Shown here: one piece after another, positions 25,918-35,401 of the stretch | Layout of the letters: every line of letters starts with the position of its first letter | Position numbering within the stretch: the stretch's first letter is position 1 | IMG/VR virus record: IMGVR_UViG_3300022177_000034 | Location: 1-38,785 of that record | Source: a virus | Taxonomy: Duplodnaviria > Caudoviricetes | Reading direction: 5' to 3' (one strand) | Length of the DNA: 38,785 nt | Translations under genes and position numbers: made by a program | Notes under the pieces: model-generated | Told to the model about the DNA's origin: nothing | The model's input: the letters and a program-made list of their open reading frames with translations, nothing else | The model's database searches: none

Positions 25918-26057
25918 TTACTTTATAAAGTAGTATTTGTTCCGTACATTGAGAATGGTAGAATTAGATGATTCTTGTTGTGCAAGGAGACAAACGAGGT
26001 TTGTCTACGAGGTATAAATGAATTTAAAAATATCATTTAATGGAGGAACGAATATTA

Positions 26058-26537
26058 ATGGCGGAGATGGTTGTGATTTTTGGGAATGAGCCAATTGAAG
26101 CTAAAGTTGCGCTTTGTCCTGTCTGTCAAAGGCCTGGACAAAAGGTTAACCAGAGGACTGTGCGCAACTTGCTCAAACAAGCAGTAAATGGGTCTATTGC
26201 AGATGCGGACTATTTTATCTGCTTGTCGCGGGAATGCCCAACTTCCTACTATGCGAAAGAAGGGATATCTTTCAATAAAGAAGATCTTACCGTCCCAATA
26301 TGGTTTAAGGAAGAATCTCCCTCCCCAATTTGCTACTGCAAAGATGTTACGGATGAAGAAATACTCGATCACGTTGTAAACAAGCAGTGTTGCACCAATA
26401 TTGAAGAAATACAGGCCCATACAGGAGCCAATACCGGGAAGGAGTGTGCAACGAAAAATTCAACCGGCCGGTGATGTGGTCCGGTAGTGCAATCGGTGAT
26501 TGCACAGGGTCTAAGAGTTTTAAGAAAAGATGATTAA
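26058..26537 (+). CDS. Putative selenoprotein: CopZ-N-like Zn domain + BFD-like [2Fe-2S] domain (Csac_0668-like), UGA 26472-26474 read as Sec
   Basis: CPVC, C-x4-C, ICYC, C-x3-NSTGR-UGA-C; read-through gives CGPVVQSVIAQGLRVLRKDD then TAA TAG; RBS GGAGG. Confidence 0.75.
26475..26513 (+). promoter_or_regulatory. Bacterial SECIS-like hairpin
   Basis: Perfect GTGCAATC-GGT-GATTGCAC (26487-26505); apical G about 21 nt 3' of the UGA. Confidence 0.7.
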
Positions 26538-26606
26538 TAGTCATATCGAAGCTTTTAGAGACTAACGGCAGGAAATAAGCTATAACACTAAAAGTAAATG
26601 GCAGAT

Positions 26607-26636
26607 AGAGCACAACCTCTGAGGGGTTGTGCTTTA
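26607..26636 (+). terminator. Terminator-like hairpin after the moron
   Basis: AGAGCACAACCTC-TGA-GGGGTTGTGCTTT. Confidence 0.6.
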
Positions 26637-26674
26637 ATCTTGCCATGGTTATGTCTGAAAGGAGGGTGGGCGTA

Positions 26675-26950
26675 TTGGTCGTTACCCTGGAGGAAGCCAA
26701 GCTGTATCTGAAAGTTGACGGTGATGAGGACGATACGCTCATCACAGATCTCATTTATGCAGCCGAGGAACTCAGCCAGGATATCCTGCGCTGTCCGTTG
26801 ACCGATTTTACTCTAGTGCCTGAAACCGTTAAGCAAGCAGTTCTCTATGCCATCGGCAATATCTACGAACAGAGGGAAACTGTGGACATGACCGCCGTAA
26901 TTGCGGTTATGGCCAGGCTCCTGTTTGCCTACCGCAGGGAGGGGTGGTAA
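26675..26950 (+). CDS. Head-tail connector (HK97 gp6-like)
   Basis: VTLEEAKLYLKVDGDEDD, VKQAVL, IYEQRE; RBS GAAAGGAGG. Confidence 0.88.
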   Translation: MVVTLEEAKLYLKVDGDEDDTLITDLIYAAEELSQDILRCPLTDFTLVPETVKQAVLYAIGNIYEQRETVDMTAVIAVMARLLFAYRREGW

Positions 26951-26952
26951 GG

Positions 26953-27297
26953 GTGAAGAATCGCAACCGGGTGAGTTTTGGGGAACTGCAGCAGCGCGTT
27001 TCGCTGCATAGTAAAACCATCACCAAAGCCGAAGGCATACCTCAGGAGAACTGGACTACGGTTGCCACGGTCTGGGCAGCGATAGCAGACCTATCAGGCA
27101 AGGAGTACATTCAGGCTGCCAGTATCCAGTCCGAGGTTACCACCCGGATCAAGATTCGGTTCCGCACCGGGATAACTCCGGCAATGCGGGTTCTTTATGG
27201 CACCCGGGTGTTTGCTATTCTATCTGTTATTGATAAAGATGAGCGGCACCGCGAAATTGAACTGATGTGCAGGGAGGTGATCCCGGGTGGCGGGTAA
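26953..27297 (+). CDS. Head closure protein (SPP1 gp16-like)
   Basis: GELQQRV, VWAAI...LSGKE, IRFRTGITPAMRV. Confidence 0.85.
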   Translation: MKNRNRVSFGELQQRVSLHSKTITKAEGIPQENWTTVATVWAAIADLSGKEYIQAASIQSEVTTRIKIRFRTGITPAMRVLYGTRVFAILSVIDKDERHREIELMCREVIPGGG

Positions 27298-27670
27298 TCT
27301 GACTTTGGAAGGTATGGAAGATATACTTACCCGGCTTAAAGAATTAGGGCAAAGAGCCGGTCCGTTGGAAAACCAGGCTCTCCATGCTGGAGCCAAAATT
27401 GTACAGGCCCATGCCAGCCAGAGAGCGCCCCGAAGTGAAACAGACGGGGAGCATCTGGCCGACAACATTGTCATATCCGAGGCTAAACAAGGAGAAGGGA
27501 TAAAATACATCGAGGTGGGGCCGAGCGCTCCCTTTTTTTATGGCAAATTTCTGGAGTATGGCACCACCAAGATGGCCGCCCGGCCCTTCCTGGGTCCGGC
27601 TAAAGCGCAAAGCCGGAAAGAGGTGCTGGAAACCATCAAGCAGACTCTGAAAGAGGGGCTGGGCTTATGA
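27287..27670 (+). CDS. HK97 gp10-like neck protein
   Basis: FYGKFLEYGTTKMAARPFLGPA. Confidence 0.88.
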   Translation: MAGNLTLEGMEDILTRLKELGQRAGPLENQALHAGAKIVQAHASQRAPRSETDGEHLADNIVISEAKQGEGIKYIEVGPSAPFFYGKFLEYGTTKMAARPFLGPAKAQSRKEVLETIKQTLKEGLGL

Positions 27671-28026
27671 TCAATGTCAAACCGGAAGTGCTGACAGCCT
27701 TGGAAGGAAATTCGGATCTGAATACTCTGCTTGGCGGGCCTTACATCTACCAACTGAAAGCACCGGAAGGATTAGATAAATACATCACATTGTTTGAGTT
27801 AGCTAATTTCGATTCCGCTTGGGCCGATGACACTGCCCTTCTGGCAGAGGTTCACCTGCAGGTGGATGTATGGGTAAAAGCGTCCAGTACCTCGGCCATT
27901 GCGGCTGAGGTGGATAAAACCATGAAGGTGCTGGGCTATAAAAGAACCGGCAGCGCCGATCTGTATGAAGATGACACCAAAATATTTCACAAGGCACTCA
28001 GATATGTAACTGAGCGCCCACTCTAA
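27667..28026 (+). CDS. Tail completion/terminator protein
   Basis: QVDVW, DLYEDDTKIFHKALRY; precedes the tail tube gene. Confidence 0.75.
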   Translation: MINVKPEVLTALEGNSDLNTLLGGPYIYQLKAPEGLDKYITLFELANFDSAWADDTALLAEVHLQVDVWVKASSTSAIAAEVDKTMKVLGYKRTGSADLYEDDTKIFHKALRYVTERPL

Positions 28027-28039
28027 GGAGGGATAAAAT

Positions 28040-28924
28040 ATGGCCGGCATCCAAGTGGGCCTAAACAGCCTATATTATGCAATCTTGACCAGCGACTCGC
28101 CTTCGGGGGCGGTCTACAACAGCCCGGTAGCTATTGCTGGGGCTATCAATGCCAAGATAAATCCCAAAAGTAATACTGAAACCCTGTATTGTGACGACGG
28201 CCCAGACGAAACCGTAACCTCACTAGGTGAGATCGATGTGGAGTTCGAGGCCAAGGATATTGACCTCAATACCCAGGCAGCCTTGTTGGGACACACTGTA
28301 GTGGGCGGGGTCTTGACCAAGAAGTCGACCGATACCGCTCCTTATCTGGCTCTGGGATTCAAGTCCCGGAAGAGCACTGGCAAGTACCGCTATGTGTGGC
28401 TGTTCAAAGGCAAATTTGCCCTGCAGGAGCAGGATTACCAGACCCAGGAGGATAAGCCCAAGTTTCAGACCCCCAAAATCAAAGGGACTTTCATCAAGCG
28501 TAGCTATGATGACGCCTGGCAGAAGCTGGGCGATGAAGATCATCCCGACTGGGTGGCGGATACAGGAACCAACTGGTTTACAGCGGTAGATGGGGCTGCG
28601 CCTAGCGCCTTAACCGTCAGTTTAGTACCCACTGACGGAGCAACCGGGGTCGCGGTTGGGGCTAACCTGACCTGGACCTTCAATAACGCCATACAGGTGA
28701 GCGATATGACTGCGGCCAACTTCCTGCTCTTAAGTGCCAGTGACGGGTTGGAGGTGGCCGGCGCGCTGTCTATTGATACGGCTCATAAAGTGGTGACTTT
28801 CAACCCCAGTGAAGATTTGGACCCCTCTACCGCCTACCTTATGGTCTGTACCCTGGGGATTAGAGATATCTACGGCCAGAGCTTAGCGGCCAACAGCGTT
28901 GGAAACTTCACCACGGCCGCCTAA
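28040..28924 (+). CDS. Major tail protein (phi13-like) with C-terminal Ig-like domain
   Basis: GLNSLYYA, LYCDDG, YVWLFKGKF; PTDGATGV...TFN...FTT Ig-like end. Confidence 0.88.
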   Translation: MAGIQVGLNSLYYAILTSDSPSGAVYNSPVAIAGAINAKINPKSNTETLYCDDGPDETVTSLGEIDVEFEAKDIDLNTQAALLGHTVVGGVLTKKSTDTAPYLALGFKSRKSTGKYRYVWLFKGKFALQEQDYQTQEDKPKFQTPKIKGTFIKRSYDDAWQKLGDEDHPDWVADTGTNWFTAVDGAAPSALTVSLVPTDGATGVAVGANLTWTFNNAIQVSDMTAANFLLLSASDGLEVAGALSIDTAHKVVTFNPSEDLDPSTAYLMVCTLGIRDIYGQSLAANSVGNFTTAA

Positions 28925-28936
28925 AGGAGGAGGGGT

Positions 28937-29260
28937 ATGATGGAAAACCCGACTATTACGTTAAAAGGCAAGACCTACACCGCGCCAGCGCCTAAAGTCA
29001 AGCTCTGGCGCGAGGTGACCAAATTCAAGGAGCAATTCAGCGGTACCGCCCAAGGTGATCAGGAAGCCTTGAGCGAGATGGAGCGTTTGATTGCGGCGGC
29101 CTTCAACCATCCAGACATAAGCGCAGAGGTCATCGAAGAGGAACTGGACTTGGATGAGTTTGTGCCGCTGTTTTACCAGATCGCCGGCTGGGTGGCGGAG
29201 GTAGTCAGCCGGAAGATGAGAGAACTCCCAAACGGACTGGAGCCGACGGACCGGACCTAA
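28937..29260 (+). CDS. Tail assembly chaperone (gpG-like)
   Basis: Between major tail and tape measure genes; slippery site CCCAAAC at 29227-29233. Confidence 0.8.
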   Translation: MMENPTITLKGKTYTAPAPKVKLWREVTKFKEQFSGTAQGDQEALSEMERLIAAAFNHPDISAEVIEEELDLDEFVPLFYQIAGWVAEVVSRKMRELPNGLEPTDRT

Positions 29261-29442
29261 ACAGTCTGTCGGCTTACCAGATGGTGGTGTATTTCTACCT
29301 AAGCCTGGCTAAAAACTACCACTGGATCCCAGAACAGATTGACACTATGGAGATCGAGATGTTCTGGGATTTGCTCATTGTGGGCGCAATGGTTATTGAG
29401 ACTGAGGAAAATCCGTCCGGGTACATTGATGAGATTTGGTGA
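29233..29442 (+). CDS. gpT-like extension reached by -1 frameshift (G-T fusion 28937-29442)
   Basis: -1 frame is open: RTGADGPDLNSLSAYQMVVYFYLSLAKNYHWIPEQIDTMEIEMFWDLL...IDEIW*. Confidence 0.75.
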   Translation, partial: RTGADGPDLNSLSAYQMVVYFYLSLAKNYHWIPEQIDTMEIEMFWDLLIVGAMVIETEENPSGYIDEIW

Positions 29443-29457
29443 GGGAGGTGAGAACAG

Positions 29458-32400
29458 TTGGCAGAAACTATCGGCGAACTGCTGGTCAAGATCGGACTGG
29501 ACAATACTGGCTTTAATCAGGGCATGAAGGAGTTGGACCAGTCTTTAAAACTAGCTAAAGCTGAGTTCCAGGCCGCCGCCGCCAAGATGGGCGACATGGG
29601 CAGTGCCGCCGACCAGCTGAAACTAAAAGTTGATTACTTGAACAAGCAAGCTGAGTTGCAAAGGCAGAAGGTTGCCGCTTTAAAAGATGCCTATGACAAA
29701 GCGGCAGGTAGTACCGAGCAGGATGCGGCGGCGGTGGAAAAACTGCAGATAAAAATGCTGCAGGCCGAAAAGGTTCTGGCCAATATGGAAAACTCCCTCA
29801 AAAAGACGGTCAGGGAACTGGAACTGCAAGCTTCAGCCTGGACCCAGCTAGCCAAGAAAGCCGAGGACGCCAGCCAAAAACTAAAAAATGCCGGTAATAG
29901 TATCACCAGCGCCGGGCAAGGCCTGTCCCTGACGCTTACCGCACCGATTGTGGCCGCCGGCGGCGCTGCGGTGAAGCTGGCGTCGGATACCAATGAAGCC
30001 CTCAACAAGGTGGAAGTAGCCTTTAAGGACAACGCACAGGGAATCAAGGATTGGAGCGATACTACCCTGGAACGCTTCGGCATTGCCCAGGGGACCGCGC
30101 TCGACATGGCTTCTACCTACGGTGATATGGCCACCAGTATGGGTCTTAACACAGAGCAGGCGGAAGTAATGAGCAAAACCCTGGTGGGGCTGGCCGGCGA
30201 TCTGTCCAGTTTTAAGAACATTAAGATCGACATAGCGGATACCGCCTTAAAATCAGTGTTTACCGGTGAGACGGAATCCTTAAAACAACTTGGTATTGTC
30301 ATGACCCAAACCAACCTGCAGGAATACGCCTACAGCCAGGGTATCCGGAAGAAGATCCAGGAAATGAGCCAGGCTGAACAGACTCAGCTGCGGTACAACT
30401 ATGTCCTGGCCATGACCAAAAACGCCCAGGGAGATTTCGAGCGGACCGGAGCGGGAACGGCCAACCAGATGCGGGTTTTCTCCGAAAGCCTGAAAGAACT
30501 GGGAGCAACCATGGGCCAGCATATACTGCCGGTCATAACGCCTTTGATACAAAAATTAAATGAACTGGTCCAGAAATTCGGGGATTTGAGTCCCAGTGCA
30601 CAGAAGACCATCCTGGTTGTGGCGGGGGTGGCAGCGGCCATCGGCCCGGTGATACTGATTATCGGCCAGCTGGTGACGGCCGCCGGGGCCATCTCTGGTG
30701 TAGTCGGTGCTGCTGCGGCAGCCATCGCCAGTGCCGGCGGGGTTACCGCAGCGTTAGGAGCGGCTATTACCGCTTTGACTGGTCCCATTGGAATTGCTGT
30801 AGCCGTTATTGCAGGGCTGGTTTTAGCGGTCAAGGAACTATGGCAAAACAACGAGAGCTTTCGGACTGTAGTCAAGGAGGTTTGGTCTGATATACAGGCG
30901 ATTATCACTCAGGCCGGTATTGCCATCCAGACCTTCTGGAACAAATGGGGCAATGACCTGACCGCAGTATTCTCAAACATCTGGAACATTATCAAAACGG
31001 TTTTTCAGACGGTGGCACAAGTGATTATTAACCTGTTCGGATTTTTTCTGGATGTTTTGCAGGGGGACTGGCAAGGAGCCTGGGAGCATATAAAAAACAT
31101 CTTCGTTTCCCTATGGAACGGTATCAAAATAGTGGTGGTCAACGCATTTGAGGGATTAAGAACCCTGCACAACACCTTGCTGGAAATTGGAGCCCATATA
31201 ATTCAGGGTCTGATTGACGGGATTAACGAGCGGATCGGCCGAGTCAGAGAGATTGCCGGTGAAGTAGCCGAAGCCGTAAAGGGCAAGATCAAAGAGGCCT
31301 TGTCCATCCAGTCGCCTTCGCAAGTCATGCACGAATACGGCCTAAACATTAGCGAAGGCTTGAGTCTAGGCATGCGGGAAGGGCTGTCCTTTGTGGAAGG
31401 ATCGGTATCGGACATCATCGCCGCCCTGGTCGATATGCGGAACAGCCTGGAAAAAATCCAAGCAGAAACCAACAGAGAGCTACTGGAAGCCGAGCAGACC
31501 TATGCCGACCAGTGCCGGGAGGTCCGAACCAAACTGGCTCAGGACGAAATCGCCCTGCAGCAGGAACTGTCCGACAAGCTGGCCCAGATTAGTGTGGCCG
31601 GCCTGGAGAGAGAAGCCCAGGCGATTGATGCCTATAAACAGAGCTACGCGGCCAAGGTGGAGTCCATCAAGAACCAGTTGGGGCTGTTTGATGAAGTGAA
31701 GCCCCAGAAAGTATCGGGCAAATCCTTGTTAGGCAATTTGGACGACCAAGTTAGCCAGTTTGACAGCTGGCAGGCCAATTTAAAGTCACTGGCTGCTAAG
31801 GGAGTTGACCAGGGACTCATTGACGAGCTACGGCAAATGGGGGTCAAGGCGGCTCCCCAGATCGCAGCCTTAAACACCCTGACCACTGAAGAACTGGGTA
31901 AATATGTGAGTCTGTGGAAAACCAAAAACGCTCAGGCCCGGGCTGAAGCCAATATCGAGATGCGGCAGGCGCGGGTTGATTTAGGTCAGCGCTTGAGTGA
32001 GATCAGGACGGAAACCCAGAATCAGCTGACTCAGCAGACTATCGAAATGCAGAACAAACTGATGGAGATGAAAGCAAAGGCCGACGAGGAACTGGCTAAG
32101 TATAAAAAGGCTTGGGAAGAAAAGAATGGTGAAATCAAAAAGAACGCCGCTGAAACAATCGCCGCTATCGAAAAGAAGTATGAAGAGATAGTCAAGAAAT
32201 CAGCCGGGTACGGAATACAGGCCATGAGTGAGTTAATCCGGGGCATAAGGTCCAGGATGAGCGATTTGCAGGACGCCATGGATGAAGTAAGGAGCATAAT
32301 GGGTTCCGGTATGGATCCCAATCAGCGCAACTCCCCGTCACTGGTGGATAAGATAAAAACCGGGGTGGCTGATATAACGGCTATCTACAGCACATTAAAA

Positions 32401-32601
32401 AGCAACCTAAGCAATCTTGGCCTGCAAACTACCTTGCCAGGAATTGCCCCGATAGCCTTGGGAGCAGTTGCGGGGAGTACAACTAACAGCAGTTCCACCA
32501 CCGTCAACAGGATCAGCATAACGGTTAATGGCGGAACTTCTGACGCCGGAGAGCAAATCTACCGCACCTTGCTTGCCAAGGGGGTGCGCTTCAGTGGCTA
32601 A
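29458..32601 (+). CDS. Tape measure protein
   Basis: 1047 aa, helical; IGELLVKIGLD start, hydrophobic Ala/Gly segment, Trp repeats, IQSPSQV. Confidence 0.92.
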   Translation: MAETIGELLVKIGLDNTGFNQGMKELDQSLKLAKAEFQAAAAKMGDMGSAADQLKLKVDYLNKQAELQRQKVAALKDAYDKAAGSTEQDAAAVEKLQIKMLQAEKVLANMENSLKKTVRELELQASAWTQLAKKAEDASQKLKNAGNSITSAGQGLSLTLTAPIVAAGGAAVKLASDTNEALNKVEVAFKDNAQGIKDWSDTTLERFGIAQGTALDMASTYGDMATSMGLNTEQAEVMSKTLVGLAGDLSSFKNIKIDIADTALKSVFTGETESLKQLGIVMTQTNLQEYAYSQGIRKKIQEMSQAEQTQLRYNYVLAMTKNAQGDFERTGAGTANQMRVFSESLKELGATMGQHILPVITPLIQKLNELVQKFGDLSPSAQKTILVVAGVAAAIGPVILIIGQLVTAAGAISGVVGAAAAAIASAGGVTAALGAAITALTGPIGIAVAVIAGLVLAVKELWQNNESFRTVVKEVWSDIQAIITQAGIAIQTFWNKWGNDLTAVFSNIWNIIKTVFQTVAQVIINLFGFFLDVLQGDWQGAWEHIKNIFVSLWNGIKIVVVNAFEGLRTLHNTLLEIGAHIIQGLIDGINERIGRVREIAGEVAEAVKGKIKEALSIQSPSQVMHEYGLNISEGLSLGMREGLSFVEGSVSDIIAALVDMRNSLEKIQAETNRELLEAEQTYADQCREVRTKLAQDEIALQQELSDKLAQISVAGLEREAQAIDAYKQSYAAKVESIKNQLGLFDEVKPQKVSGKSLLGNLDDQVSQFDSWQANLKSLAAKGVDQGLIDELRQMGVKAAPQIAALNTLTTEELGKYVSLWKTKNAQARAEANIEMRQARVDLGQRLSEIRTETQNQLTQQTIEMQNKLMEMKAKADEELAKYKKAWEEKNGEIKKNAAETIAAIEKKYEEIVKKSAGYGIQAMSELIRGIRSRMSDLQDAMDEVRSIMGSGMDPNQRNSPSLVDKIKTGVADITAIYSTLKSNLSNLGLQTTLPGIAPIALGAVAGSTTNSSSTTVNRISITVNGGTSDAGEQIYRTLLAKGVRFSG

Positions 32602-34006
32602 AACTCTGAGGATTGCCGGGATTGATCGATGGGCTGACTACCGCCGGGGAAGCCTTAACATAAGCCAGATGCTTACCTACCAGGCAGACGGCTGTTCTTT
32701 TGCAGTCAAGGGTGATAAGCCTTTGCAGGGCAGCGAAATAATCATCGAAGACACTGCCCTTACAGAACCCCGGCTTTTCGCGGGTATTATCGACCGGGTG
32801 GAGCTGATTTACAGTAAGGCCCCGCTGGTGTGGAAAGCCGATTGCCAGGACTACACCCTGCAGATGAATAAAAAGCTGGTGGTTGAAAGCTACCTGGGAT
32901 GGAGCGCTGACGCAATCGTACGGGATATATTGAATAAATACTGCCCGGATTTTTCAGCTGCAGGGGTAGAAAACGGTGCTCCGGTAATCGAATCTACCGG
33001 CACCGACTTTAACTACATAATGCCGTCCGATTGCATGAAGTGGCTGTGCGACTACATCGGCTGGCAGTGGTATGTGGACCATTACAAAGTGGTCCATTTT
33101 TTTGACCCCGGCGAACTGGGCTCTGCCGCTCCCATGACCCTGCAGCCCGGAGGACGGTTCAGCAACTTCAAAGTCAGCATCGACCATCAGGGACTGCGCA
33201 ACCGTGTTTATATATTGGGCGGCAGTATGCTGTCCGATTCGCAGACTATAGAGTGGAAAACAGACGGCGCGGCCCGCATCTGGGTGCTGCCCTGGACACC
33301 ACAGGAATGCAGTCTGCAGGTGGGCGGAGTAGACTATAGTCTCGGTCTTGAAGGTACAGATGAGGAAGACAGCAAGGACTATATGGTGAATGTCAATGAC
33401 GGCTACTTGCGCTGCTCGGCTGCTACGGATACGCCTTCAAGCGGACTGACCATGTCACTGACCGCCAGACAGAGCATAGACGTCATTACCGTAGTCGACG
33501 ACCTGGCCAGCCAGGCAACCATCGCTGCACTAGAAGGCGGAGACGGGGTGTATGAACACCAAATCAAGGACGACACCCTGGTAACTATTGAAGCGGCTGA
33601 ATCGGCCGGCAATGCGGATCTGCGTGACTGGGCCAACCCCAAGACCAGCGGCAGTTTTACTACCTCAGTACCCGGTTGGGCACCCGGTCAGCTTGTAGTC
33701 ATCGAGCTGCCCGAACGGGGCGTTAACACTGTATTCCTGGTGCAGAAGGTAGGGATATCCTTAAGTGAAGCGGGACGTTGGGTTTTTACCGTGGAATTCG
33801 GGGGCCGCCTTCTAGGGATTGCCGATTTTCTTAAGGCACTGGTTTCGGCGCAGCAGAAGAAAAAAATGAATGATACCAAGCTAATCCATAAGTTTGTTTA
33901 CGGAACAGAAGCAATATCGCTTACTGACGCGCTGCTTACGACAGTCAGGAACCGGCCCTGGGTAGTCGAAGGCTGCCAAAGCAGCGCATTAATGATAGGG
34001 GGTTAA
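32594..34006 (+). CDS. Tail hub/baseplate structural protein
   Basis: Directly after TMP; LFAGIID, WQWYVD, LRNRVYILGG, PGQLV hub-like pattern. Confidence 0.65.
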   Translation: MAKTLRIAGIDRWADYRRGSLNISQMLTYQADGCSFAVKGDKPLQGSEIIIEDTALTEPRLFAGIIDRVELIYSKAPLVWKADCQDYTLQMNKKLVVESYLGWSADAIVRDILNKYCPDFSAAGVENGAPVIESTGTDFNYIMPSDCMKWLCDYIGWQWYVDHYKVVHFFDPGELGSAAPMTLQPGGRFSNFKVSIDHQGLRNRVYILGGSMLSDSQTIEWKTDGAARIWVLPWTPQECSLQVGGVDYSLGLEGTDEEDSKDYMVNVNDGYLRCSAATDTPSSGLTMSLTARQSIDVITVVDDLASQATIAALEGGDGVYEHQIKDDTLVTIEAAESAGNADLRDWANPKTSGSFTTSVPGWAPGQLVVIELPERGVNTVFLVQKVGISLSEAGRWVFTVEFGGRLLGIADFLKALVSAQQKKKMNDTKLIHKFVYGTEAISLTDALLTTVRNRPWVVEGCQSSALMIGG

Positions 34007-34010
34007 ATTT

Positions 34011-34622
34011 ATGGCTGGCGGATATATTCAAGTCCCACCCGACAGTACCGGAAAAAAGCTGAACGCGCGCTACCGGGCTATTGAAGGCGGGGCGGGTTAT
34101 GAGCAGTATGTAGCCTGGCATGGGCTGCCTACCTTTTACTGTTTAGCGCCAAGTGTGGCCTTGGCTCAGAACGAGCATTTATTTTCCATATATAACGATG
34201 CTGGCAGCGGGTATCTGATCAGGGTACCCAGGCTTTCGGTTGTCAACATGTCTCTGACAGCAATTACTGGCGTAGGAGTAGAACTGGATTTTATGCGTAC
34301 CACCAGCCAGAGCGGCGGAACTGTTATTACCCCGCAGAAGGCTGACACGGCGGATGCAAACCTGGATGCCGGTATTCACATTGCCACCGGTGCCACCATT
34401 GCTGAGGGGGCTTTAATGTGGCCGGTAACTCTTAATAATGATGAGATACCCCTCACACTTAATGCCACACCTTTAATGGATTTCAACATGATACCCAGGG
34501 GGATAGACATTAAACCCTTGTGTATCAGGCCGGGTGAAGGTTTTAGTATTAAACAGATTACCAATACCGTAGTCGGCCTTTGGTCGGTACTGGCGGTCAT
34601 AACAGCCGAGGATGGCGCTTAG
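34011..34622 (+). CDS. Putative tail-tip structural protein
   Basis: 203-aa beta-rich ORF with RBS in the tail operon. Confidence 0.5.
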   Translation: MAGGYIQVPPDSTGKKLNARYRAIEGGAGYEQYVAWHGLPTFYCLAPSVALAQNEHLFSIYNDAGSGYLIRVPRLSVVNMSLTAITGVGVELDFMRTTSQSGGTVITPQKADTADANLDAGIHIATGATIAEGALMWPVTLNNDEIPLTLNATPLMDFNMIPRGIDIKPLCIRPGEGFSIKQITNTVVGLWSVLAVITAEDGA

Positions 34623-34633
34623 GAGGAACACCT

Positions 34634-34975
34634 ATGTCAATGATATGGGAAATGCATAAGTGGGGGCTTACTTCTATTCCTCAACCGGAAAGCACGGCCA
34701 TAACAACTATCGGCAGTTTAGCCCGTATCTATCCCCAAACTCAAGCCATGTCTCTGCCCCGGGGTCTGCAGATCTCTGTGAGTGCTAATGGCAGCCAGTG
34801 GAGCCAATGGGCGGATATAGACTTTTCCAAAGCGGTTACGGTACCATACCCGGGTTTTATCAAATTCAGGGCTTTTCAAAAGGCTGCGGTGCAGGTATTT
34901 AACTACAAATCACCTGAAGAAGCGGATTCAGTTGTCGGCCTGACCGTAGTATTGGGCCAGTATGGGGTGGTGTAA
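34634..34975 (+). CDS. Hypothetical tail protein
   Basis: RBS AGGAGG before ATG 34634. Confidence 0.55.
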   Translation: MSMIWEMHKWGLTSIPQPESTAITTIGSLARIYPQTQAMSLPRGLQISVSANGSQWSQWADIDFSKAVTVPYPGFIKFRAFQKAAVQVFNYKSPEEADSVVGLTVVLGQYGVV

Positions 34976-34978
34976 GTT

Positions 34979-35389
34979 ATGAAGGAAACCATGAGACTGA
35001 AATCGGAGTGGTATTTGGAATATGAAGACGGAACAGTAATTGGACCATTGCAAAACTATGTAACCAGTGCCGGATTGGGTATAGCCGCTCAGAAGGTAGC
35101 GGGACTGTCCAGTCCCTACCTAGTTATTGGCGATGATCTGGCCGAAGGGGATACCATTACTGAGGTTTTCCGCAAAGCAGTATCGGTTGTGACCCAATCG
35201 GGAAATAACATAAGGCTTAGGACCGTGCTCTTGGCAGGAGAGGGCAACGGACAGCATCAAAAGACTTGTATTTTTGTAAGTGCGACCGATGCCCCCGGCT
35301 CAGGCACTATGTTTAATCTTTTAAAGGTGCCTTGGGGGAAGGAAAATCAGATGATCTTAACAGTGGAATGCAGGCTGACGCTGCAGTAG
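34979..35389 (+). CDS. Hypothetical tail/baseplate protein
   Basis: NYVTSAG...YLVIGD...EVFRK pattern seen in tail-fibre attachment proteins. Confidence 0.55.
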   Translation: MKETMRLKSEWYLEYEDGTVIGPLQNYVTSAGLGIAAQKVAGLSSPYLVIGDDLAEGDTITEVFRKAVSVVTQSGNNIRLRTVLLAGEGNGQHQKTCIFVSATDAPGSGTMFNLLKVPWGKENQMILTVECRLTLQ

Positions 35390-35401
35390 GGGGTGGATGA
35401 T

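Noticed and set aside
29339-29527. 62-aa plus-strand ORF before the tape measure gene
   Set aside because: Overlaps both the better-supported gpT frame and the TMP start.
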